Positions 20,250 through 29,984 of a stretch of 64,000 nt of DNA are shown piece by piece. Source of the stretch: Bacteroidales bacterium. GTDB lineage: Bacteria; Bacteroidota; Bacteroidia; Bacteroidales; UBA932. The stretch is from positions 6,590 to 70,589 of the forward strand of contig SUYV01000003.1 in the NCBI GenBank assembly GCA_015060255.1, written 5' to 3'. The notes below the pieces were generated by a model, which saw only the letters and a program-made list of their open reading frames with translations, was not told the origin of the DNA and searched no databases. Positions within the stretch are counted from its first letter, which is position 1, and each line of letters starts with the position of its first letter. Both the position numbers and the translations under genes were made by a program.

Positions 20250-21515
20250 ATGAAACACAGATATCTGATTTTGACTGTCCTGACAGCCATGGTACTTGCT
20301 GTTTCCGTATCATGCGGAAAGCGTGGAAAATCAAATGATGCGGATGCTCATGTTGCTGATACAGACACACTTGTCAATGTGGGACCGATGGGGTTTGACC
20401 AGGATTCCCTGACTGTAAAAGAGGGGGTCGTGAAGTCCGGGCAGTTTTTCTCGACCCTGTTGGGATCTCTGGGCATGAATGCTCAGGATGCGTATAATCT
20501 TACTCAGGCATGTGATACTGTTTTCGATGTGAAGACTCTTCGCGTGGGACAGTCGTACAAGGCATATTATTCGACTGAAGACAAGCTAGAATATCTGGTT
20601 TATGACAGGGACAGAATGAGCTGTGTGGTCTTCGACTGCACTTCTCCATTTGATGCATGGGTATATGTGAAGCCGGTGGAGTTCAGAGACAGATATGCTG
20701 ATGTGACCATCAGTTCCTCTCTATGGAATGACATGCTCGCGGCAGCTGTCTCTCCGCTGCTTATCCTCAGTCTCTCAGATATTTATGCATGGACGGTTGA
20801 TTTCTTCGGATTGCAGAAGGGGGATCGTTTCAGGGTCCTTTATCAGGAAAAGTTATGCGACGGAAATGTGATAGCGGTGGACACTGTCAGATATGCAGTA
20901 TTCTCGCACAATGGAGAAGATTTCCCTGCTATCCTGTTTGATCAGAAGGATGGAGGTAACATATGGTGGAATGAGAAAGGGGAGAGCATGAGAAAGGCTT
21001 TCCTGAAGGCTCCTCTTAAATATTCCAGAATCAGTTCAGGCTTTTCATATGCACGCAGGCATCCGGTGACACGTAAGGTCCAGCCCCATACCGGAGTTGA
21101 CTATGCGGCTCCTAAGGGAACTCCGGTGATGACTATCGGAGATGGCGTGATCACAAGCATGAAATATGAGGGTGCGGGAGGAAATACAGTAAGGATAAGA
21201 CACAACTCGGTCTATTCTACCGCATATCTGCATCTTTCAAAATATGGCAAAGGTCTTAAAGTCGGACAGAGGGTAAGGCAGGGTGACGTGATAGGATATG
21301 TCGGCTCGACAGGCCGCTCGACAGGTCCGCACCTTGACTTCAGAGTATGGAAGAACGGCAGCCCGATCAACCCGCTCAAAATGGATTCTCCACCGGCGGA
21401 ACCTCTCAAAGCAGAGTTTAAGGATGAGTTTGCTGCTGCATATCGCGACTATCAGCATGAGATAGATGCAATTCAGGCCCGCACGGTGGTGCAGGCCCTC
21501 TTCGAACTATTGTAA
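20250..21515 (+). CDS. M23 family peptidoglycan endopeptidase (MepM-like), probable lipoprotein
   Basis: HTGVDY (HxxxD), YLHLS and STGPHLDF; lipobox-like VSC; promoter TACTTTTG at 20214-20221. Confidence 0.9.
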   Translation: MKHRYLILTVLTAMVLAVSVSCGKRGKSNDADAHVADTDTLVNVGPMGFDQDSLTVKEGVVKSGQFFSTLLGSLGMNAQDAYNLTQACDTVFDVKTLRVGQSYKAYYSTEDKLEYLVYDRDRMSCVVFDCTSPFDAWVYVKPVEFRDRYADVTISSSLWNDMLAAAVSPLLILSLSDIYAWTVDFFGLQKGDRFRVLYQEKLCDGNVIAVDTVRYAVFSHNGEDFPAILFDQKDGGNIWWNEKGESMRKAFLKAPLKYSRISSGFSYARRHPVTRKVQPHTGVDYAAPKGTPVMTIGDGVITSMKYEGAGGNTVRIRHNSVYSTAYLHLSKYGKGLKVGQRVRQGDVIGYVGSTGRSTGPHLDFRVWKNGSPINPLKMDSPPAEPLKAEFKDEFAAAYRDYQHEIDAIQARTVVQALFELL

Positions 21516-21526
21516 TACGCACCGGA

Positions 21527-22267
21527 TCATTGTGCGATAAATCTGTATACTATTTCTCCGGTCTGTCTGGCCGGGGCTGCAGATGATTGTGAAAACCTTG
21601 ATTTCAATGCGGCCTCCAAAGCAAACTTCCTGAGAAGACGGTTTGTCGAAGATATTTCTTCAACCACATGAGCTTCAATCACTTTGCCTTGCGGATTGAC
21701 TATGATGGTAACGGTTACGTCTCCTCCGGAATATCCCTTGTATGCCGGGATGGGAAGATAGCTTGCCTTGCGTCCATCAAGCCTGTATGACAGAACCGAA
21801 GGACCGCTGTATACCTTCTCTGATGTCTTCTCTGATGAGGAACCTTTCCTGCCTAGATCGACGGTCTCACCTCTGGCATCTTCTTCGATAGCGTTGCTCT
21901 GGCCGTTCTTGAGATCCTGCGCCAGTCTTTCCGCATCTTTGTACAGCTGTTCGGCATCAGTTCCTCTGTCATCCTTAAGGAAGGCCCCGCGGTCTACGGC
22001 TATGTTCCTGACGCTTGGTGTCGATGTACCGGAAATCTTTTCCTCCAGTCTCTGTCTTATGGCCTCGAGCTTGGAAAGTTCCTTCTCCAGTTCCTCCATC
22101 TCCTTCTGCTGCCTTTCAATCTCCTCCTGCTTCGAGAAGTCTATGACAAAGGATTCCTCTCTTCTTACGGTGGCATCTATCTGATATAGCAGCAAGACAA
22201 TAATCACCGTGAGATGAAATATCACGGTGATAAGTATTCCTGCATTATTTTCGCCTCTTCTACTCAA
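21527..22267 (-). CDS. TonB-family energy transducer
   Basis: N-terminal TM with His (VIFHL), coiled linker and TonB C-terminal domain (GDVTVTIIVNPQGKV...IVYRF). Confidence 0.75.
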   Translation of the reverse strand: MSRRGENNAGILITVIFHLTVIIVLLLYQIDATVRREESFVIDFSKQEEIERQQKEMEELEKELSKLEAIRQRLEEKISGTSTPSVRNIAVDRGAFLKDDRGTDAEQLYKDAERLAQDLKNGQSNAIEEDARGETVDLGRKGSSSEKTSEKVYSGPSVLSYRLDGRKASYLPIPAYKGYSGGDVTVTIIVNPQGKVIEAHVVEEISSTNRLLRKFALEAALKSRFSQSSAAPARQTGEIVYRFIAQ

Positions 22268-22868
22268 GATGTTTCTGGATTGTAGCGGAAATTATGTCGA
22301 TTGCAACCTTGTTGTGCCCTCCCTGCGGAATGATGAGGTCTGCGTATCTCTTGCTTGGTTCAATGAACTGAAGGTACATCGGCTTCACGGTGTTTGAATA
22401 ACGTTCGATCACCCATTCAACCGTCTTGCCTCTTTCCACGATATCCCTGGCCATGACTCTCATCAGCCTGTCGTCGTCATCCGCGTCGACGAATATCTTG
22501 ATATCCATCAGGTTACGGAGCTTAGGGTCGGTGAAGATGAGGATACCTTCAACTATTATGACGTCGGCTGGAGTCACTGTTACCGTCTCGTCTTTCGAAC
22601 GTCCGCAGGTGATATAGGAATATACCGGCTGCTCCACTACCTTACCCTCCTTCAATTCCTGAAGCTGCTCTCTGAGAAGATCGAAGTCAATGGAATCCGG
22701 GTGATCGAAATTGTGCACCCTTTTCTGCTCTTCTGTAAAGTGGCTCAGATCCTTATAGTATGAATCCTGAGGAATTACCACCACATTTTCCTTGAGCTGT
22801 TCTGTGATGGCCTTGACTACTGTCGTCTTACCTGAACCGGAGCCTCCGGCTATGCCTATTATCAACAT
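22260..22868 (-). CDS. udk: Uridine kinase
   Basis: GIAGGSGSGKTT, QDSYY, NFDHP and FIEPSKRYAD. Confidence 0.96.
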   Translation of the reverse strand: MLIIGIAGGSGSGKTTVVKAITEQLKENVVVIPQDSYYKDLSHFTEEQKRVHNFDHPDSIDFDLLREQLQELKEGKVVEQPVYSYITCGRSKDETVTVTPADVIIVEGILIFTDPKLRNLMDIKIFVDADDDDRLMRVMARDIVERGKTVEWVIERYSNTVKPMYLQFIEPSKRYADLIIPQGGHNKVAIDIISATIQKHLE

Positions 22869-22885
22869 GGTATTCTTGGTTGATT

Positions 22886-22912
22886 GAGATCCCCGGTAAG
22901 ACCGGGGATGAC
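22886..22912 (-). repeat. REP-like palindrome GTCATCCCCGGTCTTACCGGGGATCTC
   Basis: 9-bp perfect stem with a 3-nt loop and GTCAT...ATCT ends, shared with the elements at 55675 and 58761. Confidence 0.6.
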
Positions 22913-22916
22913 GTTT

Positions 22917-24311
22917 CTAGTATTCTGCGTTCTTTGGAGTGCGAGGGAATGGGATAACGTCACGGATGTTGGACATGCCGGTAACGAAGAGGAGCAGTCG
23001 CTCGAATCCGAGACCGAATCCGCTGTGAGGGGCCGATCCGAAGCGGCGTGTGTCGAGGTACCACTCGAGACCCTTGCGGCTCATGCCGGTCTCCTCGATG
23101 CGTGCCTCAAGCTTCTGGAGGGATGCCTCACGCTCTGAACCTCCGATGATCTCGCCGATCTTAGGGAAGAGGACGTCCATCGCACGGACAGTCTTTCCGT
23201 CCTCGTTCTGCTTCATATAGAATGCCTTGATGTCCTTCGGATAGTCGGTAAGGATCACAGGCTTCTTGAAATGCTTCTCCACGAGGTATCTCTCATGCTC
23301 GCTCTGGAGATCTGTGCCCCAGCTTATAGGATATTCCCACTCTACGCCGGCTGCCTCGAGAATCTTGACACCTTCAGTGTAGGTGAGGCGTACGAACTCT
23401 GTGTCAGCGACTCCTTCGAGACGCTCGAGAAGCTCGTTGTCATATCTGTCATTGAGGAACTTGATGTCGTCGTAGCAGTTTTCAAGTGCATATTTCACGA
23501 GATACTTGATGAACTCCTCAGCGAGGTCCATGTTGTCCTTGATGTCATAGAATGCCATCTCAGGCTCGATCATCCAGAACTCTGCAAGGTGACGAGGAGT
23601 GTTAGAGTTCTCAGCGCGGAATGTAGGTCCGAATGTATAGATGTCACCGAGAGCCATCGCTCCGAGCTCACCCTCGAGCTGTCCGCTCACTGTGAGGCTG
23701 GTCTCCTTTCCGAAGAAATCCTTCGAGTAGTCGATGCCGCCCTTCTTGTTGCGTGGGAGGTTCTCCATGTCGAGAGTAGTCACGCGGAACATCTGTCCTG
23801 CGCCCTCGCAGTCAGATGCTGTGATGAGCGGGGTGTGGATGTATACGAATCCCTTCTCATTGAAGAACTGATGGATAGCATAAGCCATCTTGCTCCTGAT
23901 GCGGTAGATCGCTCCGAATGTATTTGTCCTTGGACGAAGGTGAGCGACGCTTCTGAGGAACTCGAAAGAAGTGTCTTTCTTCTGGAGAGGGTAGCGTACA
24001 GGGTCGCATTCTCCGTAGATCTCGATCTCTGATGCCTGGATCTCGGTGCTCTGTCCGCCACCTACAGACTCAACGAGCATGCCTCTTACTGCGATGCATG
24101 CGCCTGTCGTCACCTTTGCAAGAACCGCCTCGTTCTCAGGGGTCTTGTCAACTACAATCTGAATATTATTTATTGTAGAACCGTCATTGAGTGCTATGAA
24201 TGCCACATTCTTGTTTCCTCTCTTGGTCCTTACCCATCCTTTGGCAAGAACCTCTCTTCCAGCCTCGCTCTTGAGCAGGTCTTTGACTTTGGTTCTGATA
24301 ACTGTTTCCAT
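22917..24311 (-). CDS. asnS: Asparagine--tRNA ligase
   Basis: [34 protein letters not shown] and GFGLGFER. Confidence 0.97.
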   Translation of the reverse strand: METVIRTKVKDLLKSEAGREVLAKGWVRTKRGNKNVAFIALNDGSTINNIQIVVDKTPENEAVLAKVTTGACIAVRGMLVESVGGGQSTEIQASEIEIYGECDPVRYPLQKKDTSFEFLRSVAHLRPRTNTFGAIYRIRSKMAYAIHQFFNEKGFVYIHTPLITASDCEGAGQMFRVTTLDMENLPRNKKGGIDYSKDFFGKETSLTVSGQLEGELGAMALGDIYTFGPTFRAENSNTPRHLAEFWMIEPEMAFYDIKDNMDLAEEFIKYLVKYALENCYDDIKFLNDRYDNELLERLEGVADTEFVRLTYTEGVKILEAAGVEWEYPISWGTDLQSEHERYLVEKHFKKPVILTDYPKDIKAFYMKQNEDGKTVRAMDVLFPKIGEIIGGSEREASLQKLEARIEETGMSRKGLEWYLDTRRFGSAPHSGFGLGFERLLLFVTGMSNIRDVIPFPRTPKNAEY

Positions 24312-24358
24312 TGTGATATAGTGATTTTACAAACTTTGCAAAGATAATTGATTTAGCC

Positions 24359-25564
24359 CTATTTGCCTAAAATTTTGCCTTTAATGTCTGTGTTGTCGAT
24401 TCTGCCTGAGAATTTTTCTGCTCCGACACCAACAGCAAATACCGGAACAGCTCCTCCTGTATGCGATCCGGTAGTCCATCCGATCGAGCAGCTTTTATTG
24501 AATTCAGCATTTGCCTTGTGGTCAAGGACATTCTTCTTGCCGCTTTCGATCCACTGGCTCTCCATCTTCTCCCAGTTTATCGTGCTGCTTCCGCATCCGA
24601 GGGTCAGACCTCCTGTCTCGTGATCTGCTGTAACTACTATCAGTGTCTCGTCCGGATGCTCCAGGTAGAACTTGTATGCAACCTTGACTGCATTGTCGAA
24701 ATCTATGACATTCTCTACCATGGACATTGTCCTGTTGTCATGAGCCGCCCAGTCGATTGCTCCGCCTTCTCCCATGATGAAGAAAGGCTGCTCATCGCCA
24801 AGGAAATCAAGCGCAAGCTCAAGCATCTGCGCCATAGTCGCGTCCTCTTCTTCTACTCCGTCGCTGACATAGTTGTCAGCGCTTTCGTTTCTGTTGCTTG
24901 CCTGGCAGAATACCACCTTCTCTGCTCCCTCTGACTCTGCCTTGAATTCCTCGATGCCGTAGCTGACAACATATCCGTTCTTTTCAAGATATGCATCAGT
25001 GGCTTCCTTATCGCCTGCCTTGTCCTTATGGTCAAGGAATCCGGCTCCTGCAAAGAAATCAAATCCGCTTGCAGGAATCTGGCTGCTTATTTCGTAATAG
25101 TTTCCCCTGTTGAAGCTATGTGCATAGAAAGATGCCGGAGTGGCGTGGTTGATAGGAACCGTGGACATGATGCCGATTCTGTATCCGTCTTTCTTCAGGG
25201 CATATGCGACGCTCTCGATCTCGACGCTGTCCTTGTTTATGCCGACTGTACCGTTGTTCGCCTTCTCACCGCATGCAATGGCAGTTCCTGCGGCAGAAGA
25301 ACATGTGATATGTCTGTTTGCAGAATGCGTCGTGGCAGTTCCGTAGTATGGGAACTGACTTATCTGCAGCTCTTCCCCGCCAAGTTTCCCTGCCTTATGG
25401 GACAGATATGACTCTGTTACAGCCACATGTGTGGCGCCCATGCCATCTCCGATGAACAGGAAGATGTATTTTGCTTTATGATTTTCTTTCTCGGATCCGC
25501 TTGTGCACCCGGTCAGTGCCACGGCAGTTGCGATGACTGCAATGATAAGGAATATTTTTTTCAT
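24359..25564 (-). CDS. Alkaline phosphatase, lipoprotein
   Basis: Lipobox LTGC; metal-ligand motifs IGDGMG, TCSSAAGT, HATPA, EGGAIDWAAH, TADHETGG and SHTG. Confidence 0.92.
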   Translation of the reverse strand: MKKIFLIIAVIATAVALTGCTSGSEKENHKAKYIFLFIGDGMGATHVAVTESYLSHKAGKLGGEELQISQFPYYGTATTHSANRHITCSSAAGTAIACGEKANNGTVGINKDSVEIESVAYALKKDGYRIGIMSTVPINHATPASFYAHSFNRGNYYEISSQIPASGFDFFAGAGFLDHKDKAGDKEATDAYLEKNGYVVSYGIEEFKAESEGAEKVVFCQASNRNESADNYVSDGVEEEDATMAQMLELALDFLGDEQPFFIMGEGGAIDWAAHDNRTMSMVENVIDFDNAVKVAYKFYLEHPDETLIVVTADHETGGLTLGCGSSTINWEKMESQWIESGKKNVLDHKANAEFNKSCSIGWTTGSHTGGAVPVFAVGVGAEKFSGRIDNTDIKGKILGK

Positions 25565-25643
25565 TGTATTATTGTTTATATGATTATTCGTACAATCCTA
25601 CAAATTTATCTATTTTTCTCCAATGTTCTCCATTTGAGGCAAT

Positions 25644-25671
25644 AAAAAAAGCAGTCCATGAGGACTGCTTT
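25644..25671 (-). terminator. Intrinsic terminator of the exbB-exbD operon
   Basis: AAAGCAGTCC-ATGA-GGACTGCTTT stem-loop followed by a T-run on the minus strand. Confidence 0.8.
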
Positions 25672-25692
25672 CTTTATGAAAGTGATAATAAA

Positions 25693-26163
25693 TTACTCTT
25701 CTGCCGGCTTTCTGGCTGTGTACATGATCTTGAGCGCAGAGCACTTACGAAGCTCCTGCTTGACGTCTGTAACGATACCCATACGGGTGCTCTCATCAGC
25801 CTTGATTACTACTGTCATAAATGACCTGTCAGCCTCAGACATCGCGTCACGCTCTGCAGCGATGAAGTCGCGGATCTCGTTTACTGTCTTGAATGAGTCA
25901 TTGAGCTGGATACGTGAATCGTTACCATACTGAGCCTGAAGGCTTCTGATAGGGGTACCGATGTTGATGTAAGAAGAAAGGTCCTTTCTTTCCAACTTAG
26001 CGATCTCGGAAGCTTCCGGAAGCTTTACAATGACTTTGTTCTCAGTCTCACGCATTGTGGTTGTCACCATGAAGAAGAACAACAGCATGAAGACGATATC
26101 AGACAGAGAGCCTGAAGGTGGCTGTGGTACTGTCCTTTTCTCTTTATTCTTGAATCTTGACAT
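25693..26163 (-). CDS. exbD: Biopolymer transporter ExbD
   Basis: DIVFMLLFFFMVTT transmembrane motif and VIKAD. Confidence 0.9.
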   Translation of the reverse strand: MSRFKNKEKRTVPQPPSGSLSDIVFMLLFFFMVTTTMRETENKVIVKLPEASEIAKLERKDLSSYINIGTPIRSLQAQYGNDSRIQLNDSFKTVNEIRDFIAAERDAMSEADRSFMTVVIKADESTRMGIVTDVKQELRKCSALKIMYTARKPAEE

Positions 26164-26178
26164 ATTGCTATTCTCCTA

Positions 26179-26754
26179 TTATTTCTTGGAAACATCCTTA
26201 GGCTCTGCCTCTGAAATGTTCTGAGGAACTGCCTTTCTTACAATGTTCTGCTCGTCTTCGTCGCACTTGATGTAAAGCTTTCCGAAGTTTGTCATCGCCC
26301 ACTCGTCACGGAGTTCGTTAACGGCCTTTACGAGCTCGTTCTGAACTGCCATGTATGCCTGGTAGCTGGTACCACGGTCATTCTGGAGTGAGATGACTCC
26401 CTTGGAAACCATACAAGGGCCGAATCCTTCGATTTCGATTTCTTCCTTCTCTGGAAGATTCGGATCGTCTGCAGGGTTTGTGAGGAACTCTTTGATCTTG
26501 TCTTTGAGTTGGCTGACGTGCATAGGTTCAGTACCAGCAAGAAGTCTATCGGCTGAGTTAATCTTCACAATGATGATGTTGCGGCGATTAACCTTCTGAT
26601 CCTCTACCTTCTGATTTGGGTCAGGCATAGGAGGGAGACGACGCTGCAGACCCTTGTCCTGATCCATGGTGGTGGTCATCATGAAGAAGCAGAGCAGAAG
26701 GAATGCCATATCCGCCGTTGAACTTGAATTGATTTCTGGTGTTTTCTTACCCAT
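26179..26754 (-). CDS. exbD: Biopolymer transporter ExbD (second paralog)
   Basis: ADMAFLLLCFFMMTTT motif and SLQNDRGTSY. Confidence 0.9.
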   Translation of the reverse strand: MGKKTPEINSSSTADMAFLLLCFFMMTTTMDQDKGLQRRLPPMPDPNQKVEDQKVNRRNIIIVKINSADRLLAGTEPMHVSQLKDKIKEFLTNPADDPNLPEKEEIEIEGFGPCMVSKGVISLQNDRGTSYQAYMAVQNELVKAVNELRDEWAMTNFGKLYIKCDEDEQNIVRKAVPQNISEAEPKDVSKK

Positions 26755-26762
26755 GGTGTCAA

Positions 26763-27194
26763 TTATTTACGAGTTGCACCGACAATCCATCCTACGATAA
26801 GCGCAAGGATAGCGCCTCCGAAGAGGAAGTATGTAAGGTTGAGGAATGTGTCGGTCATTTTAAGTGTTGCGTCTGAAACAGGGTCGCCGAGATATCCTAC
26901 GGCTGGTGTTCCTGGAGCAAGTACATATGCAACTGCAACCACTGCAACCACTGCAACGAGACCGATGAGGAGCTTGAGCAGGCTCTTCGGATCGTTGATT
27001 CCACCAATCACAACCACACCGAAAAGAACGGAGAGGATTGCGACAAGTGCGAATCCATAGGCACAGTAGAGCATGTTGTCGACAGGAGCGTTTCCGTTGG
27101 TCTCAAATCCTACGAGGAAGCCGTAGAAGCTGAACACAACGCCCACTGCGAACAATACCGCCAGGACCCATTTTAATATTTTTGTGTATTTCAT
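26763..27194 (-). CDS. 4-TM membrane protein of the exbB-exbD operon
   Basis: Four hydrophobic helices; lies between exbB and exbD. Confidence 0.8.
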   Translation of the reverse strand: MKYTKILKWVLAVLFAVGVVFSFYGFLVGFETNGNAPVDNMLYCAYGFALVAILSVLFGVVVIGGINDPKSLLKLLIGLVAVVAVVAVAYVLAPGTPAVGYLGDPVSDATLKMTDTFLNLTYFLFGGAILALIVGWIVGATRK

Positions 27195-27213
27195 TTTAAA
27201 GAAAAGTCAATTG

Positions 27214-28002
27214 TTATTTTCCCTGATACTTTACCAAGATATCCATCAATGAGATAGTTGCGTCCTCCATGTCGATTGTGAGAGACTCAACCTGTGAAAG
27301 GATGTAGTTGTAGAAGATCTGAAGGATAACGGCAACGATCAAACCGCCGACTGTAGTAATCAAAGCGACCTTCATACCACCTGCTACGACTGCTGGAGAC
27401 ATGTCACCTGCAACCATGATGGCGTCGAATGCCTGGATCATACCGATAACTGTACCCAAGAATCCGAGTGAAGGAGCGATAGCGATGAAGAGAGAGATCC
27501 ATGAAAGGTTCTGCTCCATCTGGCTTGCAGCAACTCCGCCATAAGAAACCACTGACTTCTCAACCTCCTCAAGGCTCTGACCGTCAGCAAGACGAAGGAA
27601 TGCCTGAGTGAAGATAGATGCTACAGGACCGCGAGTGTTGCGGCAAACCTCTGTTGCAGCCTCAACGCCACCATTCTGGAGAGCCTCCTCGATCTTGGCG
27701 AGAAGCTTCTTGGTGTTGGTCTTTGAGAATGAGAGGTAAAGGATACGCTCGATACAGAGAGCGAGACCGAGGATAAGGCAGGCGATTACGAGTGCCATGA
27801 AGCCTGCACCACCTTCAATGAACTTTGTCTTGAGGGCCTGGTGCATAGGAACCTCCTCAGGAAGTGCGTCAGTAGCCTCAGTAGTCTCAGCTACTACCTC
27901 AGTTGCTGTAGTGTCAGCAGGCTGCTCGTCCTGAGCTGCTGCGTTCTGTGCAGAAAAGGCCATAACGCCCATTACTGCCAAAAACATGAAAATTTTTTTC
28001 AT
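27214..28002 (-). CDS. exbB: MotA/TolQ/ExbB proton channel
   Basis: APSLGFLGTVIGMI and VALITTVGGL; N-terminal signal-like segment. Confidence 0.92.
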   Translation of the reverse strand: MKKIFMFLAVMGVMAFSAQNAAAQDEQPADTTATEVVAETTEATDALPEEVPMHQALKTKFIEGGAGFMALVIACLILGLALCIERILYLSFSKTNTKKLLAKIEEALQNGGVEAATEVCRNTRGPVASIFTQAFLRLADGQSLEEVEKSVVSYGGVAASQMEQNLSWISLFIAIAPSLGFLGTVIGMIQAFDAIMVAGDMSPAVVAGGMKVALITTVGGLIVAVILQIFYNYILSQVESLTIDMEDATISLMDILVKYQGK

Positions 28003-28135
28003 AATTGTTTTTGTGTGTTTTGATTAATTAAGTTATTGAATTGTTTTTAGTTAATATTTCCAATTCCGGTCAGGACAGTATACACCTATCCTAAAATCCG
28101 GTGCAATTTAGCAATAAATTTTCAATCAGCAATAT

Positions 28136-29170
28136 TTATTTTGATATTTCTCCCCTCAGGTTCAGTTTGAGGAGATCTTTTACCGTTGCGTTGTCAGGGA
28201 AGACTCCCATGAGGTAGAACAGCTTGGCCAGTGCGCTCTCTGTAGTACTGTCATATCCGCTGATTACTCCGGCATCCTTGAGGCATTTTCCTGTCGCGTA
28301 TATGTCCATGTTCACGCTGCCGGCAATACACTGTGTGACATTCAGTATTATCTTGCCCATTGCATCGGCTTCTCTGACTATGTCGAGGAACCACTCTTTC
28401 GTTGGGGCGTTGCCTGCTCCATAGGTCTCGATGATTACTGCCCTGGTGTCACGGCTGCAAAGGATTTCCCTGACTATCTGCGGGGTTATGCCAGGGTGCA
28501 TCTTGAGTATGGATACACGTGTGTCAAGGCATTTCCTGAAAATAGGCATGGCATCCCAGTCTGACGGTTTCAGGATTATCTGGTCGTGGTATCTGATGCT
28601 GATGCCGGCCTCGGCTAGAGGAGGGTAGTTCTCCGAGCGGAATGCCCTGAAGTTGTCTGCATTCATCTTGCTGGTGCGGCAGCCTCTCATGAGTATGCTG
28701 TCGAAGCAGATGCAGACTTCGGGTACGAGTGCGTTTCCGTTCTCGTCTTTTGCAGCCGCTATTTCAACAGATGATATCAGGTTTTCCTTTCCGTCCGTCC
28801 TCGGACTGCCGATGGGGAGCTGACTGCCTGTGAAGATGACCGGCTTGGTAAGCCCTTCGATCATGAAGCTCAATGCAGAGGCGGAGTAGGCCATCGTGTC
28901 AGTTCCGTGCAGGATCACGAATCCGTCGTACTCATCATATTTATTCTCAATGAGTTCCGCGAGAGATGCCCATAATGACGGCTCTACGTCAGATGAGTCG
29001 ATCAAAGGAGAAAAGGTGTATGAGTCAATCCTGTATGCGAATTTCCTGAGTTCGGGGACCTCCTCGAGAATCTGGCTGAAATCGAAGGGGATGAGAGCCT
29101 GGAGCTCGGGATCTTCCTTCATTCCTATGGTACCTCCTGTGTAGATCAGGAGAATTGCGGACTTCTTCAT
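28136..29170 (-). CDS. ansA: L-asparaginase type I
   Basis: YTGGTIGM, LHGTDTMAY, TGSQLP and YGAGN. Confidence 0.93.
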   Translation of the reverse strand: MKKSAILLIYTGGTIGMKEDPELQALIPFDFSQILEEVPELRKFAYRIDSYTFSPLIDSSDVEPSLWASLAELIENKYDEYDGFVILHGTDTMAYSASALSFMIEGLTKPVIFTGSQLPIGSPRTDGKENLISSVEIAAAKDENGNALVPEVCICFDSILMRGCRTSKMNADNFRAFRSENYPPLAEAGISIRYHDQIILKPSDWDAMPIFRKCLDTRVSILKMHPGITPQIVREILCSRDTRAVIIETYGAGNAPTKEWFLDIVREADAMGKIILNVTQCIAGSVNMDIYATGKCLKDAGVISGYDSTTESALAKLFYLMGVFPDNATVKDLLKLNLRGEISK

Positions 29171-29943
29171 ATGGCGAAAAGTTTTTGTGCGTTTGAGGTT
29201 GTTGTCGTTGCAATGGTTTCCATGTCCTCTTCCAAGAGGTCGGCCAGACGTGCGGCTATGTGTGGGACGTAGCTGCTTTCATTGCGTTTGCCACGGAATG
29301 GTACGGGAGTGAGATACGGTGAGTCGGTTTCCAGCAGGATCCTGTCAAGAGGAATGCTTCTGACTGTTTCTGCTATCGATGCCTTCTTGTATGTGAGGAC
29401 CCCTCCTGCTCCGATGTACCAGTCTCCAAGTTTCTGAAGCTCCCGGTATGTCTCTATGCTGCCGCTGAAGGCGTGGAACACTCCCCGCAGACCCAGATGT
29501 CTGCAGTCTTTCAATACGTTGATTATCAGTTCGGTGGATTCCCGGGAATGGATGATGACCGGCAGGTTCATCCTTGCAGCCATTTCCAGCTGGGTGCGGA
29601 ACACTTCTTCCTGTTCCTTGACGAAGTCCCGGGACCAGTAGCAGTCCATGCCTATTTCGCCTATCGCCCATATCTTCCTGTCGATATGTTTCTCCAGCAG
29701 GGACATCTCTTCCTGCCAGTTTCCGTCGACGGAGGTCGGATGGAGTCCGAGACATGGGAAAAGAGTTCCTTCATGTCTGTCTGCCAGGGTGAACATCTCC
29801 TGCCGCGTCTTGGAATCAATGTCAGGCAGGATCATCTTGGAGACACCTGCAGCTACAGCTCTTTCGACGGCAAGGTCCTCCTCGCCGGAGAACGCTTCGT
29901 CGTACAGGTGTGTATGTGTGTCTGTGAACATATCAGCTTCCAT
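29167..29943 (-). CDS. tatD: TatD family hydrolase/DNase
   Basis: DTHTH, GLHP, GEIGMD, IHSRE and ETDSPYL; start at 29943 or 29931. Confidence 0.92.
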   Translation of the reverse strand: MEADMFTDTHTHLYDEAFSGEEDLAVERAVAAGVSKMILPDIDSKTRQEMFTLADRHEGTLFPCLGLHPTSVDGNWQEEMSLLEKHIDRKIWAIGEIGMDCYWSRDFVKEQEEVFRTQLEMAARMNLPVIIHSRESTELIINVLKDCRHLGLRGVFHAFSGSIETYRELQKLGDWYIGAGGVLTYKKASIAETVRSIPLDRILLETDSPYLTPVPFRGKRNESSYVPHIAARLADLLEEDMETIATTTTSNAQKLFAI

Positions 29944-29984
29944 TTGCAGCCTATCCTGCAAATTTAAGCATTTTCGTTAAAGAT

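Noticed and set aside
28003-28135. Possible tRNA upstream of exbB
   Set aside because: No cloverleaf, T-loop (GTTCGA) or acceptor stem is visible; only a small hairpin.
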